Under the pieces are notes generated by a model, which was not told the DNA's origin, ran no database searches, and saw only the letters and a program-made list of their open reading frames with translations. A program made the translations under genes and the position numbers. DNA of 64,000 nucleotides from Octopus vulgaris (taxonomy: Eukaryota). Position 1 is the first letter of the stretch, and every line of letters begins with the position of its first letter. This document shows, piece by piece, positions 40,430 through 54,420 of this stretch. The stretch lies in contig OX597826.1 of the NCBI GenBank assembly GCA_951406725.2, positions 14,384,001-14,448,000 of the forward strand, written 5' to 3'.

Positions 40430-41790
40430 ATGAAGGAAAGAAGTTCAGTGGTGTATCTACAGAATTGCAGATAGGGAGATGGAGAGATGCAGCAGTGCAT
40501 CTTCCGAAGTGGGGACTGGGATGGGAATGTTCTCTGAATCGAAGCAATGTAATTCCTCAAGTGGGTATTGGAGTGTGTGAAGTGGAGTTGAGTACAAGGA
40601 GAGGAAATTATAAAAAAGAAAAGGTTGGGGGGGGGGGGGGACGATATGAATTAAATAAACGGGTAGAGAGTTAAAGGAGTGAGGGAGGAGAATGTGGAGT
40701 AATGTGATTTTGTGGTGTGGAATGAAGTGGTGGTGAGGTACCTTACCGGTGTGGTTTGGGAGTGCTGTAAGGGAATGATAAACGTGTTGTGTACTAGTGT
40801 GGAGATGGAGTGTTGTAAGGGTGTCTTGATGGAGCGGTGTACTGGAGTGATGGTGGAATGTCTTGCTGGAGTGGTGTACCTGAATTGGTGTACAACTATA
40901 GAGAAGGAGCAGTGTACCTGTGAGGGTATTTAGTGCTGCATTGTTGGGGTAATACAGTGTTACACTGGCGTGAAGATATGTAGTGTAGTAGTTATGTAGT
41001 ACAGTAGGGATGCATACTTCTGGAAATATAGTACTGCACTGTTGCGGCTTATGCAGTGTTGTGCTGTTATAGTTGGAGTGGTCGACTGATGCATTCATGT
41101 AGTGTTACGCTGATGCAGTGTCATAGTGGTGCACTAGTGTGATGTTGGACATATTGCTGTTTACTGGCGTGGTCTTGGAGAGGTGTAGTTGTGTTCTGAT
41201 GGAGTGGCGCACTGTTAGGTTATTGCAGTGGTGTTGTAGTGTTGTACTTTTGTGATAAAATAGTGATGCACTCTTGTTGATGATGTAGTGTTGTACAGGT
41301 GTCGTGATGGAAAGGAGTATTGGTGTTGTCAAACGGTGGTGTACTCTTGTGGGGGTATAATGCCGAATAGTTGCTGTGCCCAAGTACTGCACGGCTGCCG
41401 TGATATAGTGTTGTACTAGTGTATTGACGTTGTAGTGTCCTTTTGTGGTGACGTAGAGTAAAACTGGTATAGTGATGTAGTGAGCTTGTGGTAGAATGTT
41501 GGTATCGTTATACATCGAAGTAGTAGTGTGGAGATGTGGTTACAAAGTGGTATATTGACGTGAGGTTCTAGTAGTTTATTGGAATGGTTCTGGAGTGTTG
41601 TTGTACTATTGAGTTCTTTCGTTAGTGGAGTGTTATACTAATATGCTGTTGTGGTGATGTATTGATACGGTGTTGTGTATTGTGGATGCGAAGTGCTCTA
41701 GTAGTAATAAATGGATCTGATGACGTAGTGATGCTTTTTCGCAGGGATGTCCCAGTGTGGCTGTTCAACGGTATGATAGTGGGGGTACTA
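40430..41790. repeat. Highly diverged ~24-bp tandem array
   Basis: Consensus ~gtagtgttgtactggtgtggtgat recurs at 24-nt spacing; minus-strand ORFs show 8-aa periodicity (ITTPVQHY). Confidence 0.55.
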
Positions 41791-41874
41791 AAGAGAAGCT
41801 TTCTTTGCGATTCGGTACAGGGGGTGTAGTGATGAAGGGTAATAATGCTCTGTGTGTGTGTGTGTGTGGGGGGG

Positions 41875-42330
41875 TTGTAGCCAGAATCGTTGGCATGTCG
41901 AGTAAAATGCTTAGCGGCTTTTCGTCTGTCTTTACGTTCTGAGTTCAAATTCCGCCTAGGTGGAATTTTCCTTTCATCCTTTAGGGGTCGCTAAAATAAA
42001 TACCAGTTGAACACTGAGAACCATGTAATCTGTTTCTTTATTGCCCACAAGGGGCTAAACATAGAGGGGACAAACAAGGACAGACAAACGGATTAAGTCG
42101 ATTACATCGACCCCAGTGCGTAACTGGTACTTAATTTATCGACCCCGAAAGGATGAAAGGCAAAGTCGACCTCAGCGGAATTTGAACTCAGAACGCAACG
42201 ACAGACGCAATACCGCTAAGCATTTCGCCCTGTGTGCTAACGTTTCTGCCAGCTCGCCGCCTTACTGAGAACCATGTAATCGACTTATCCCCAGCGCTGC
42301 AATTACAGGCACTGTGCTAAAATGTGAAAC
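41875..42330 (+). mobile_element. SINE family A host copy interrupted by an antisense family A copy
   Basis: Head at ~41875; resumes after the TSD at 42264. Confidence 0.75.
42031..42263 (-). mobile_element. Full-length SINE family A insertion
   Basis: 18-bp TSD actgagaaccatgtaatc at 42013-42030 and 42264-42281. Confidence 0.92.
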
Positions 42331-42719
42331 TAATATTGTGGGTGTATGGCAGGGTGTATTCGTGGTGTATTCATGGCAGGGTGTTTTCGTGGTGTATTGA
42401 TGTGGTATTGAGTTGCGGCCCGGTGCTGTGGCCGTGTAATGATGAGTGGTAGTTTGGTGCAGGTGGTGGCATGAGGATTTGATGGTATTGGGGTATGGCG
42501 GTGCGATGGTATTTCAGCGATAGGGTTAGGTCGGTGCGGTGATGTGCATTTCTGATACAGTGCGCCAAGGGGTGCTGTGATAGTACGGTGGTCCGGAACT
42601 GATGGGGGTCATTTGCTGTTATGATGGTGGTATTGGTGTGGTGGTGTGCTGGTGGCGTGGTGGGGTTGGGGATATGATAGTGTGATGGTGATGTGACAAT
42701 GTAGACATATGTTAATATA

Positions 42720-43127
42720 CTGGTTTCACATTTTGGTATCAAACCACTCATTTTGTAGGGGGAGGGATAAGTCGATTTCATCAACCTCAGTGCTCACTTA
42801 ATACTCATTCAATCGACCCCGAAAGAATAAAAGGAAATGTGGACTGCGGTAGAATTTGAACTCAGAACATGAAGACGGACGAAATACCGCTAAGTAAATC
42901 GTCTTGCTTGGTAACGATTCTGCCAGCTCGCCGTCCTGTGATATCGACAGGAGGCAATAAGTCGATTACATCGACTCTAGTTCCCAACTGGTACCTGTTT
43001 AATCTATCCCGAAATGATAGAAGGCAAAGTCGACCACGGCGGAATTTGAACTCAGAACGTGAAGGCAGACGAAATGCCACAAAATCTTTTGACAGCGTGC
43101 TGACAATTCTCCCAGGTCCCCGCCTTC
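42720..43127 (-). mobile_element. Two tandem SINE family A copies
   Basis: Cores at ~42810-42870 and ~43000-43060. Confidence 0.75.
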
Positions 43128-43480
43128 ATAGGTAAATATATTTACTAGGTGAGGTCGTGCTGTGATGTCAGCTTGGTAAGGAGAGGGTGATAGTGTTTGT
43201 AGCTATGTAGTGATACAAGTTTATTGCAATAAAATTGTGTAGGTGTATAATTATATGGTTACATAGGTTGCATTCTAATTATGGGTATATTGTTAGATGG
43301 TTTTGTATAGTATGTGGCTTGGAATTGTTAACTATTTAGTTTTGTAAGTGGGAAAAAGGGATGCATATATATGCGGAAGTCGGACTAAAATAACGAAAAA
43401 CTCTGTATGGGTATATAATTCACTGTGGGCAAAGGTGTGTCGATGTAGAATGTGTGGTTGTTTTTAGAATGTGCGTGCGA

Positions 43481-43524
<44 letters not shown>

Positions 43525-43655
43525 AGAGAGAGGGGAAGGGGAGAAAGAGACATTGATAGATAGATTAACTTATATATACACATGCGATTATATAAATGTA
43601 AGTGCACGTATAGCTTATGTGTATATGTCCATACGTCAATATATACAGCGATATG

Positions 43656-43735
<80 letters not shown>

Positions 43736-44187
43736 TGTGTGTGTTTGTATGTGTGTGTATCTTTTGCACAAACACACACACACACTTATACACATTATGT
43801 ATAAGAATATGAGAGTTTGTGTGTGCGTATGCGTGTGCACACGCGCATGTATGTATATATTATAGACCGAGGGACTACCAAAAGTGCACAACTGAATAAA
43901 GAACTCAATACTAGTTTTAAACGTAGTACCGTCTTGCAACCATATCATATTAGCTTTCTTTACATATTTAGTGAAAATCGAGGATTGAAAGTAGATTCAC
44001 ATGTGCATGTATGTTTAAATATGTGCATATATCTCCATTTATTCCTACCTACATACCTACCTACTTATGTACATACATGCATGCATATATGTATATATAT
44101 ATATATATATATATAAAATATTATTAGAGACAAAACCACTATTTTGCAAAACAAACAAGGAAAGACTTAATCAATACATAAAATTTT

Positions 44188-44230
<43 letters not shown>

Positions 44231-44246
44231 CATAAATATATGCGAA

Positions 44247-44580
44247 GGCGCATGGCTCAGTGTTTAGAGCATCGAGCTTACGATCGTGAAGTTGTGAGTT
44301 CGATTCCCGGACCGGGCTGCATGTTATGTTCTTGAGCAAGACACTTTATTTCTTGTTGCTCCAGTTAACTCATTTGAAGAAATGAGCTGCGTCATCACTG
44401 GCGTCAAGCTGTATCGGCCCCTATGCCTTTCCCTTGGATAACATCGGTGGCGTGGAGAGGGGAGGTTGGTATGCATGGGTGACTGCTGCCCTTCCACAAC
44501 CAACCTTGTCCGGACTTGTGCCTCGGAGGGTAACTTTATAGGTGCAATCCCAAGGTCATTCATGACCGAAGGGGGTCTCC
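44247..44580 (+). mobile_element. SINE family B
   Basis: Homologous to 30006-30344. Confidence 0.9.
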
Positions 44581-44660
44581 TCATATATATATATATATAT
44601 ATATATATGCATATATAGCAATAATAATTCTCTAAATGAGATATAGACAGTAACTGCTCC

Positions 44661-44809
44661 ATAACATAAGGGACTAAAGCCATCTGAATATGGCTAGGGA
44701 CAGGGCAGGGTGGTGGGGGTGTTACTGTGGGGCTAAATGCAACAGTAACACCCCCACCACCCTGCCCTGTCCCTAGCCATATTCAGATGGCTTTAGTCCC
44801 TTATGTTAT
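44661..44809. repeat. Perfect 68-bp-arm hairpin (fold-back of a TA-embedded repeat)
   Basis: 44661-44728 is the exact reverse complement of 44742-44809, 13-nt loop; related sequence at ~7170-7235. Confidence 0.9.
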
Positions 44810-44908
44810 ATATATATATATATATATATACATATATGTATGTGTGTATATATATATTATATATAGGATACACACACACCCATACTCATACATACGTATA
44901 TACATATA

Positions 44909-44940
<32 letters not shown>

Positions 44941-45006
44941 CGCATACACTCAGACACATAATTTCATACAAGGACTGAGAGAGATAGATAGATAGATAGA
45001 TTGATT

Positions 45007-45068
<62 letters not shown>

Positions 45069-45777
45069 CATTACTAAGGTTTATATTTGGGGTTGTCAGC
45101 CCAATGTGCACGAGCGTGTATATATGATGTTTTAGTGTATATAAAGCCTTATTTTAGTGTAGTCATTAATGGTGTGGGATGTGTTTTGTAGAGGTAGACG
45201 TGTGCCAAGCAACTTAGTATAGTTGACGGAGCTGGTTCCATTTAATAAAGTAGCAGACTCACAGAAGAATCTTAAAGAAAGAAATGCCTGTTTGGAAATG
45301 TGTGTGTATGTATGTGCGTGTGTGTGTGTGTGTGTATGTGTGTGTGTCTGTGGGACATCTCATGTGTGGATGTGACTTGTTTTTGTTTCCTTCACATCAT
45401 TGTATATCTCTTTCTGTATCCGTGTATTCGGATAGCTGAATATGTGTGTACGTCTGTGTGCGTGTGCGCGTGCGTATTTGTGCGTGAGTGCGTGCGTATG
45501 TATGTGTGTGTCTGTGTGTGTGTGTGTGTGCTCGCGCTGCGTATGTTCGTGTATATTTTATTGTGGGAGGTATAGGTGTAATTACGTACTAAAGTTGTTT
45601 ACTTAACTGTGTGTATGCGTGTATGCACCCATGTAAGTGTGTGAGTTCTGTTACGCATTGAGTATGTGCGTGTTCGAGGAGGGGGAGTATAACTGTTGTG
45701 AAGCTTCTCAATGGCTCTGTATGCGTCTATGCAAGTTGATGTGTGTGTGAGTGTGCACGCGTGTAGGACGGTGAGAA

Positions 45778-46069
45778 AGAGAGACAGAGAGATGGGAAGA
45801 GGGAGATGGAGAGATGAAGAGTGGGTGATTGAGAGAGAGAGAGACAGAGAGAGACAAATAGAGAGAGAGAGAGATGGGAAGAGGGAGATGGAGAGATGAA
45901 GGGAGGGTGATTGAGAGAGAGGGAAAGACAGAGAGATGGGAAGAGGGAGATGGGGAGATGAAGAGTGGGTGATTGAGAGAGAGGGAGAGACAGAGAGACA
46001 GATGGGAAGAGAGAGATGGAGAGATGAAGAGTGGGTGATTGAGAGAGAGAGAGAGAGAGCGAGAGAGAG
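45778..46069. repeat. Purine-rich ~60-bp minisatellite, about 4 copies
   Basis: gatgggaagagggagatggagagatgaagagtgggtgatt(ga)n repeated. Confidence 0.85.
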
Positions 46070-46292
46070 TAAGTATGACAGAGAATATCAGTGTGTGGGT
46101 GCAAGTTTGAATATTGATGTTCCTCTGTAGATGTGTCTATATCTGTGTGTGCGCGCATGCGTATGCCCGTTCAATGAGAACAAGTAGGTGTGCATTAAGT
46201 GTGCATATCTATGAAAATGTGGATGTGTACGTGTGTCTGTGACTTTTATATGACTACGTGGAAGAAAGTGTGTGTGTGTGTGTGAGGAAGAG

Positions 46293-46327
<35 letters not shown>

Positions 46328-46460
46328 AAGGTGGTGCGTTATACAGGACTGTTGCTCTCTCTCTCTGCGTCTGTGTGTCATTTTATGAATGTGTGCCTGG
46401 GCGAGAAAAATGAGCAAAATGGGATGGGTAAAATGACTGACAAACTCTTCATGATTCTAA

Positions 46461-46690
46461 TCACGTGACTCGTTTCATTATAAAGCGGGCTGTGTTAGCT
46501 TGGCCAAGACAACAACTGCGGAATCTGCCAAGCACAACATCCCAAATAGTTCTTTTTTTCCTAATCTTCTTTTCTTCTAGTTGTAACTCATTTTCCTTTT
46601 TTTTTTTTTTACATATATATATATATATATAATTATTATTGTTTCTGCAGGACAGACGCTTTACATTTAAGCAGATATCGGCAGGTAAAT
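46461..46690 (+). promoter_or_regulatory. Candidate core promoter and first non-coding exon
   Basis: TCACGTGAC E-box 46461, TATAAAG 46479, donor CAG|GTAAAT at 46684/46685. Confidence 0.25.
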
Positions 46691-46794
46691 CAGGCTCTTC
46701 ATTTCTTTCTACTTTCACTTTTGTCTCTCTCACACTGTTTTGCATACAATTTTGTTTATGTTTGGATTATATGCATTAGTATTCGATTGTGTCA

Positions 46795-46833
<39 letters not shown>

Positions 46834-46837
46834 CATG

Positions 46838-46887
<50 letters not shown>

Positions 46888-46922
46888 CATACATACATAC
46901 ATACATGCACACACACACATAA

Positions 46923-46961
<39 letters not shown>

Positions 46962-47031
46962 TATGTATGTATGTATATATCTGAATATATATGTATGTAT
47001 ATATGTGTGAATATATATATATGTATATAGC

Positions 47032-47072
<41 letters not shown>

Positions 47073-47100
47073 TATATATGTGTATGTATTTATACATATG

Positions 47101-47143
<43 letters not shown>

Positions 47144-47162
47144 ATATATATATATACATACA

Positions 47163-47201
<39 letters not shown>

Positions 47202-47869
47202 ACATATATATACATATATATACATATATATAGTGCGAATATGTATGTATGTATGTGTGTATCTATGCTTTCACTTTTTAAAGTTCAAACATGGAACGGA
47301 GGTCGTCGAATAAAGAACTTTGAATAAAGAACAAAGAATGTTATTTCTGTTGAAGTTTAGATTATGCAATCAATAAGATAAATATGCAGAAATTAAGAGC
47401 GGTTTTATGCATTTATAATTTGTTGTATTTATTTACAGATGTAACTTTGTCATTATTGCTTACAATTTACTATTTACTTCTTTTTTTCTAAGCATCTGTA
47501 CGATTCATAGTGTAATCAGATGTTTCAACCATCGGCTTAAAAATCTGAACCCAGAATCAAAGCATGAGTGCTGCATAATATAGTTGTGTCAATAGTTCAC
47601 TCTTCTTACTTGTAAACTATATTAAATAAAAATGACAATATTTAATGTGTGTATCTTTAAGTTCGAACGTATGTTTGCTTGAAGTGTGTACATATGTTAA
47701 TATCAATATATATGCATATTCTATTTCGAAACTACATGAGTAGCTCTGTTTGGTGAGATCAAAACCGTAGAATCTTTCCTAGTCATGACGATTCTATATG
47801 GCATGTTGATGCTAAACTTCTAAAGTGTTTTGTTTAACCATATGTACACAGACAAATGTACTTTTTTTC

Positions 47870-48065
47870 CTTCTCTCCGGAAGTACATACATAAATGTAT
47901 GTGCTTCTTTTTCTTCTCTCCGGAACTTTCCCAATCCGTCTTTCTGATGAAGAGCAATACTCGAAACGTCACGCCCCCTCTTTTTTTTCATATTAAACTG
48001 AGCATCACCTTACTACATTCACTATGTTTGTCCTTTTGATTTTTGTGATTTGTGTTTTACTTTTG
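47870..48065 (+). mobile_element. Neptune-type terminal repeat with hammerhead core (47944-47970)
   Basis: CTGATGA-A-GAG CAATA CTC-GAAA-CG-TC; stem I poorly paired; tail runs into TA-rich microsatellite. Confidence 0.6.
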
Positions 48066-48095
48066 ATATCATTTTTGATTTGCAATATATATGTA

Positions 48096-48140
<45 letters not shown>

Positions 48141-48346
48141 GTATATATACACACACATATATACATGTATACACACATATACATAAATATATACACATAT
48201 ATATGTATGCATTTGTTTATAAATATATATATATATATTTATATATACACACAAATATATATGTACATATATGTATATATATGAATATATATATATATAT
48301 ATGTATATGTATGTATGTATTTATAGATATGTGTATATATATATAC

Positions 48347-48407
<61 letters not shown>

Positions 48408-49580
48408 TGTGTGTATCCGTGCATATACATGCATACATGATAATTGTATGTATGCATGCTTGTATGCATTTACGCATTGAAATATGTAACTCAAATTTGT
48501 ATGATTAGTTCAATTGTTAATCTTATATTTACGTAATGATTTCTTAATATTCAAACTTTGATGGTGAACCAATGTTTTAAATTGATGTTGTCTTTTTATT
48601 TGTTACTTGTAGTGTTTTCCTTTCTAGTTTTCTTTTATTTTTTCATTTGCTATGCATAACTTCCCTTTTGCCGGTTTATTTATTAAAAATTATTTCTCTA
48701 GTTATGAGAATGTTCCGAACTTACAAAAGTATTACTTATATCCAGTATAAGTAAAAAATGATCGTAGATGATTTAATTTTAATGTAAAAAATGTACGACT
48801 ATCGACGATAATTCTAAATATGTTAGCGAAATAAGAAGTATCAAAATTATATCAAGCACGAATAATTCAAATATTACAGATCGAGTTCAGAAAATGAATT
48901 TGTTTTATTTTCGTATCAAAGGGCACCGTTATGTGTATCAACATTCATGGAAATCCGATATTGTTACTTTCCTTTCGTAACGATAAACAGCTTACGTTTG
49001 GCTTGAAAAAAACATTTCCAAACAAACTTAACGAGCTAAATTCAACTGCATCTCATCTCATCCTCAGTAATACTGAGAATATGAGATCCTGATATTTCAG
49101 AAATGTCTATCTTGGCCCAACCCCTGCATGTTAAAGGTTATGTTGACAGCTTGTCTAGAATTTTTCTTGTTGGATTGATAATTTCCTGAAGTATACATAA
49201 GGCTTTTTTAACCCAAGATTTGAGTGAGACTCTTCAAATATTCACTTAGCTGTTAATGCTTTGGTTATTGTAGTTAGATTTTTCTCTGAAAACATTGCTG
49301 ATGTTATAGTTCTTGTCCTTTCGATGCATCGATAGCCCGTAAACGCTAGGAATTCTCTCAAGATAATCGATCCATTTAACCAATCTCCCTCTTTTCTATA
49401 ACAACATTTTTTCGGACAAAATTCTACAACAAACCCAGCTACTGACCCGTCTTTTCTGGAAAACCTTTAAAAATAAGCCTGTAATTTTTGTAATGAATTG
49501 AAAGATGTTTACATGTGTTGTTTTTTTTAATGATTTTTCCCCTCTATTCTTGGCTTCTTGTTGGCAACAAAAAATTATGT

Positions 49581-50437
49581 TACAACGGGACAATAGCCTT
49601 AACAATTTCAATAAGAGTTATTTAGCATTTTCAACGGGATAATAGCCTTACAACGGGACAATAGGCTCCAACGAGACAATAGCCTTAACATTTTCAAAAA
49701 TATTTTCACTATAAGAGTTTGGAAACTCTTATATTGAGTGAAACTGCAAACTCTTATATTGAAACTCCAAATGTAAATCCATAATGTATTCGAAATTTTC
49801 TTTTAGTAGATTATGAAGTCTATTTCTCTGCAAAATTTCAACTTAAGATTAAAATTGTTAATAATTTACGACATCCACCGACATTCCATAAAGTGGAAAA
49901 TATATACCTCAATAAGACTGTCGGTGGTCCTGTGAATTCGAACACAGAGGAAGTGAAGAAAATATGATGACAGAATAACTTGCGTATGCATAGATCCATG
50001 CTAATATTAAAACATATATGTACGTAGCCAAAGGCATTGGTACCCCTAGATACGATAAATATTTTGATGTACTGTTAGATATTGACAAAGAAAGTCAGAA
50101 ACTAATAGTATGCTGCAATTTCAATCTTTAAATATTTAACGAAGCTCTGAAATTATGCAAAAGTTTTTTATAATTGTCATGTAAAAAGTTTGTTGTTTTG
50201 AAAGAATTTAAAATCATGGGAAAATGCATTTCAGTAACGAAAGATTTTTGAAATGATAGACACTATGTTCCGTTCCTATTTCATATGAAATATACGCGCT
50301 TATACACGCACACTCGCATATCCACATCCACACACACACACACACACACATACATATGTAAATATGTTACACCTTACACTCGCGTTAATGCTACCTGTAC
50401 ACTTATTGAAAACGTTAAGGCTATTGTCCCGTTGTAC
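49581..50437. mobile_element. MITE-like element with repeated terminal motif
   Basis: tacaacgg(g)acaatagccttaac repeated ~4x at 49581-49690 and inverted at ~50403-50437. Confidence 0.5.
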
Positions 50438-50809
50438 CGATCCTAAATACTAGATCTTGGTGAAGAAATAACAAAAACACTTTTGATACCTCTCAAAATG
50501 CGCCCACGGTTGAATGCCAGGTAGCTAAGAACGTTACACGCTTCAAGCCAATCAAAATCTATAATTATTTGCATACGTACATCTTATATTCAATGGTTAT
50601 TTGTTTCATATTTACACAATAGATCTGTTTTCTCATCTTATTGTTGCTCTATAATCGATAACGTTAAAATCGGAAGTGAGGTTTCTGAAGGCAAAGTTGA
50701 TATTATAGGTTATTGTATTAACTTTTTCTCCTCTTTGATTTTACAGTTTATTCTGTCGTATATATCCTACCTATTGAAAATACACACACACACGCACACA
50801 CGCACACAC

Positions 50810-50857
<48 letters not shown>

Positions 50858-51213
50858 GCACATACACACATGTATGTATGTATATATGTGTGTGTGTATG
50901 TGTGTTTGTCTCTTACGTTTACAGAATCCTACACTACAAATCTGTATAAATAATGATAATAATAGTAAAGAACAACAACAGCTTATTCAAATACAAAAGC
51001 ATAACTGTGAAATGTATCTCTAATTAGAATAGATTATTCTTGGTAGTAGTAACATCTTATGATTTTCATTAATCTCTGATAAACATTAGAGTAATGTTCT
51101 TAATTAATCATGTTCGTATCTTCCTGAAAGTCTTTAAATGTTATTTCCAAAATTCGTAATCTAAATCCGCAGAAGGTATAGACTGTTACTATAGCTGTAT
51201 GTCATTTATACGT

Positions 51214-51388
51214 ACTTTATATGAGCCAGCGTAAGTTTACATTATAACTCTTTTGGCTCTCCAGCATGCTTCGGCGAGCGCGATTTCATTTGACATTCAA
51301 GTGTTTTGTGATAACTGGCAACGATATATTTACTTTCAGCCTTAGACACAAAACCTTGAAGTGACCCGACTTCTTGTCATCTAGGCGT
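51214..51388. repeat. 175-bp segment directly duplicated at 53846-54020
   Basis: Colinear copies with scattered substitutions. Confidence 0.9.
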
Positions 51389-54258
51389 TGATTCAAATGA
51401 AATTACGCTCGTTAAATTCAAACTCCTGGATTCAAAGATTTAAAATGAAACAATTTTTTCAAACAATTTTCAAATAATTTTTTGTTCTATTTCAATTTAT
51501 AGCCTACTTTACTGTATTTAGCTCATCAGGAGATTATACTATGAATTACATTTTCTTGAATATTAAATGTTATAAAACATGAGTTCAAACGTAATACGCA
51601 AAATAATTAACAAGCCCTTAGATTTTGAGCTGTTCAAGTTCTGTATCAGACTGAGGTTTAAATGTTATAATATCATTTACTTTCTAAAATTGTAATAGAT
51701 AGTTTAATGGTTTCATTAGTTTTCGTCTTCTAAACACTGTACAATCCAATGCGATCAAGGTTATGCTGGAGGTTGTCTTGAATTTATTTTATTTCTGATA
51801 TTTGTGTTTTTATATCTTCACTGCCTTCTTTTCACTATATTTTTTCAACTTCTATAACTGTTGATATTGCTTAATTTTTGGTTTGTCTATTGTATGTACG
51901 TATAACAAGTTCAACAATTATATTTCCTAGTATGTATCCCATTAAATAATATCTTTATCGCACAGTTTCAAAATTTATAGCAATATTTTAGAATCAAATA
52001 CTCTTTAGGTAATATTGTATATTCCCGCATATCCAATTATGCCCTGACGCTCACCTCATAAGTTTTGTGTTCATCTCCCCCTGTCAGTGTTTAATAAGAT
52101 AAGCCATTTTATACAACACTCTCTGACAAGTAAAGTACTGCATTTCATTCTTGGTATGAAAAACTAAACGTGATAACATTTCTTATCCTTAAGTGAAGAA
52201 CTATTTTGCTGAAAAATAGTTAATATATACTCAGTTAACTGTATAGTTGTACAGATATGCTTTTAAGTAGATTAAAATCAGAAATGCACATGCGAAAGTC
52301 TAAATAAGTTAAGCGTTGCTGTACAAATTGCTTTATTATTGAAAGGAGACGGGCGAAGTCACTCATTTTAAAATAAAAGCCTTGAGAACGAATATGCCAC
52401 TTATTTGCGAAAGATTCGGATAATTTGACAGGTTTACGAAGGAGCTGAATATGTATTGCAATCCCGAACCGCAGATTCATGTGGTTGATTGGCCAATCAG
52501 TTCAGCATTGGCAAGAAATAATTTGATTCAAAGTGGTGTAGATACATGTTTGCTATTTGTTATGTATCAAAGGTAACTTCATGAACATCTTAAGCGAGAA
52601 CGTAATCATGTGTCACGCAGTAAAATTAGTTTCTTCTTACATAAGACTTGGGTGGTATGTGGAGCGCCGAACGGGTTCTCTCTATATACATAGAGAAATG
52701 TTTTTGACCTGCTCTTTCACATATATTTAACACTGCTTAGAAGATACTGCTGATCGTTCTTTTTTCACATCCTATTACAAAATGTGCTGCTAAGATGATA
52801 TCGTTATTTGGAATAACGAAATAGGAAGGAGTGTGATGCTAGTGATAAGAATTTTAAGAAGTTCTTTAACTTATCCGATTATTTATTTTTACTTGTGGCG
52901 ATATCAACTAACAACTCAGTTTTTGTTTTCGCCAATCTATTTTTCTTTAGTAACCAAGCTTTATAATTGTAAACTTTTCTGTTGCTCCATTTTTATATAA
53001 TTTCATTTGTAGAATTTTTTCCTTAATAGCTATTTTTTGTATCAACATTTTTTCCGTAATTCTACCTCAGATTAAAGCTCAAGAAATGTCTTGCAGCATG
53101 ACTTTCTCTTCTTTCACACAAATAACTGTACAGTGGGTTCTACCATATAACATTTCGTTTCCTAGCACTGTTATGTTTGTTGTTAAATGGTGTTTGAGAT
53201 TAGTTTATTCTTTCTTGATATCAACCACGTAGTACTGTAGTACTGCGCGTATATAACAATAATATTCTTCAGATAATAATCCTAATAACTTGATCCTTAT
53301 TTGAAAAATTTATTATTTCGATGTGTGTTTGGATTGTGCAGGTACATAAGGGATATTTGTTTCCAAACAGAGCACAGTTTGCACTCATTCACACGGTTAA
53401 AAATCATGAATCCGCTTGCCAGAATCCTACTCCAAGACCATTAAAAATAATTTCCAGTTTGAAGAACAGGAATAAAACTACCAGCACGCATAACTCAATT
53501 TCCTCAATTTCTCAATGCTGTCATCAAAGTTGTGTTGTTTATCTATGTTTATCTGTCTTTGCATGTATGTATGTGTGTGTATAATATTCTCTCAATATTT
53601 TCTATTTGTTATCAACAACTGTTTCTGTCTCATTATCTTTCCTTCAGTGTGTGTGTGTGTGTGTGTGTCGGTGTGTGTGTGTGTGTGTCGGTGTGTGTGT
53701 GTGTGCGTGCGTGTGTGTGTGTGTGTGCGTGTGTGTGTGTTCGTGTGTGAGTACGTGTGTATGCCTATGGGCGTAGGAGAATGTTTTGAATTTTCGTTTT
53801 GAATTTCCTTGATTCGATTTGTGTGATTCTCATTTTGGATAAATAACTTTATACGAGCCAGCGTAAGTTTACGTTATAACCCTTTAGGCTCTCCAGCATG
53901 CTACGGCGAGCGCGATTTCATTTGACATTAAAATGATTTGTGATAACTAGCAACGATATATTTACTTTCAGCCGCAGACACAAAACCTTGAAGTAACCCG
54001 ACTTCTTGTCATCTAGGCGTATACATTCGTATTGCGCAAAATTGGTTTGTCAGAAACTATTTTGAGATACATCAGATGGATTCTGCCTGTGAGTCCACAG
54101 TCCAGTCTGTGATACACTGTGCCATGTTGAGTCTATATCAATAATTACATTAACGATACAAACGTGTCTAGGACATTCAAGGACTGACAGTGTAATATAA
54201 CGAAAAAGTTCCCATGTTAGAGCGACTGTGATAATATCGAAAATTATTCGAAATCCAA

Positions 54259-54304
<46 letters not shown>

Positions 54305-54316
54305 GGATTTCAAATA

Positions 54317-54420
<104 letters not shown>

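Noticed and set aside
45778-46069. Regularly spaced repeats as a CRISPR-like array
   Set aside because: Eukaryotic context; units are tandem with (GA)n linkers rather than unique spacers
49100-49570. Possible decayed transposase on the minus strand
   Set aside because: No motif could be confidently recognised
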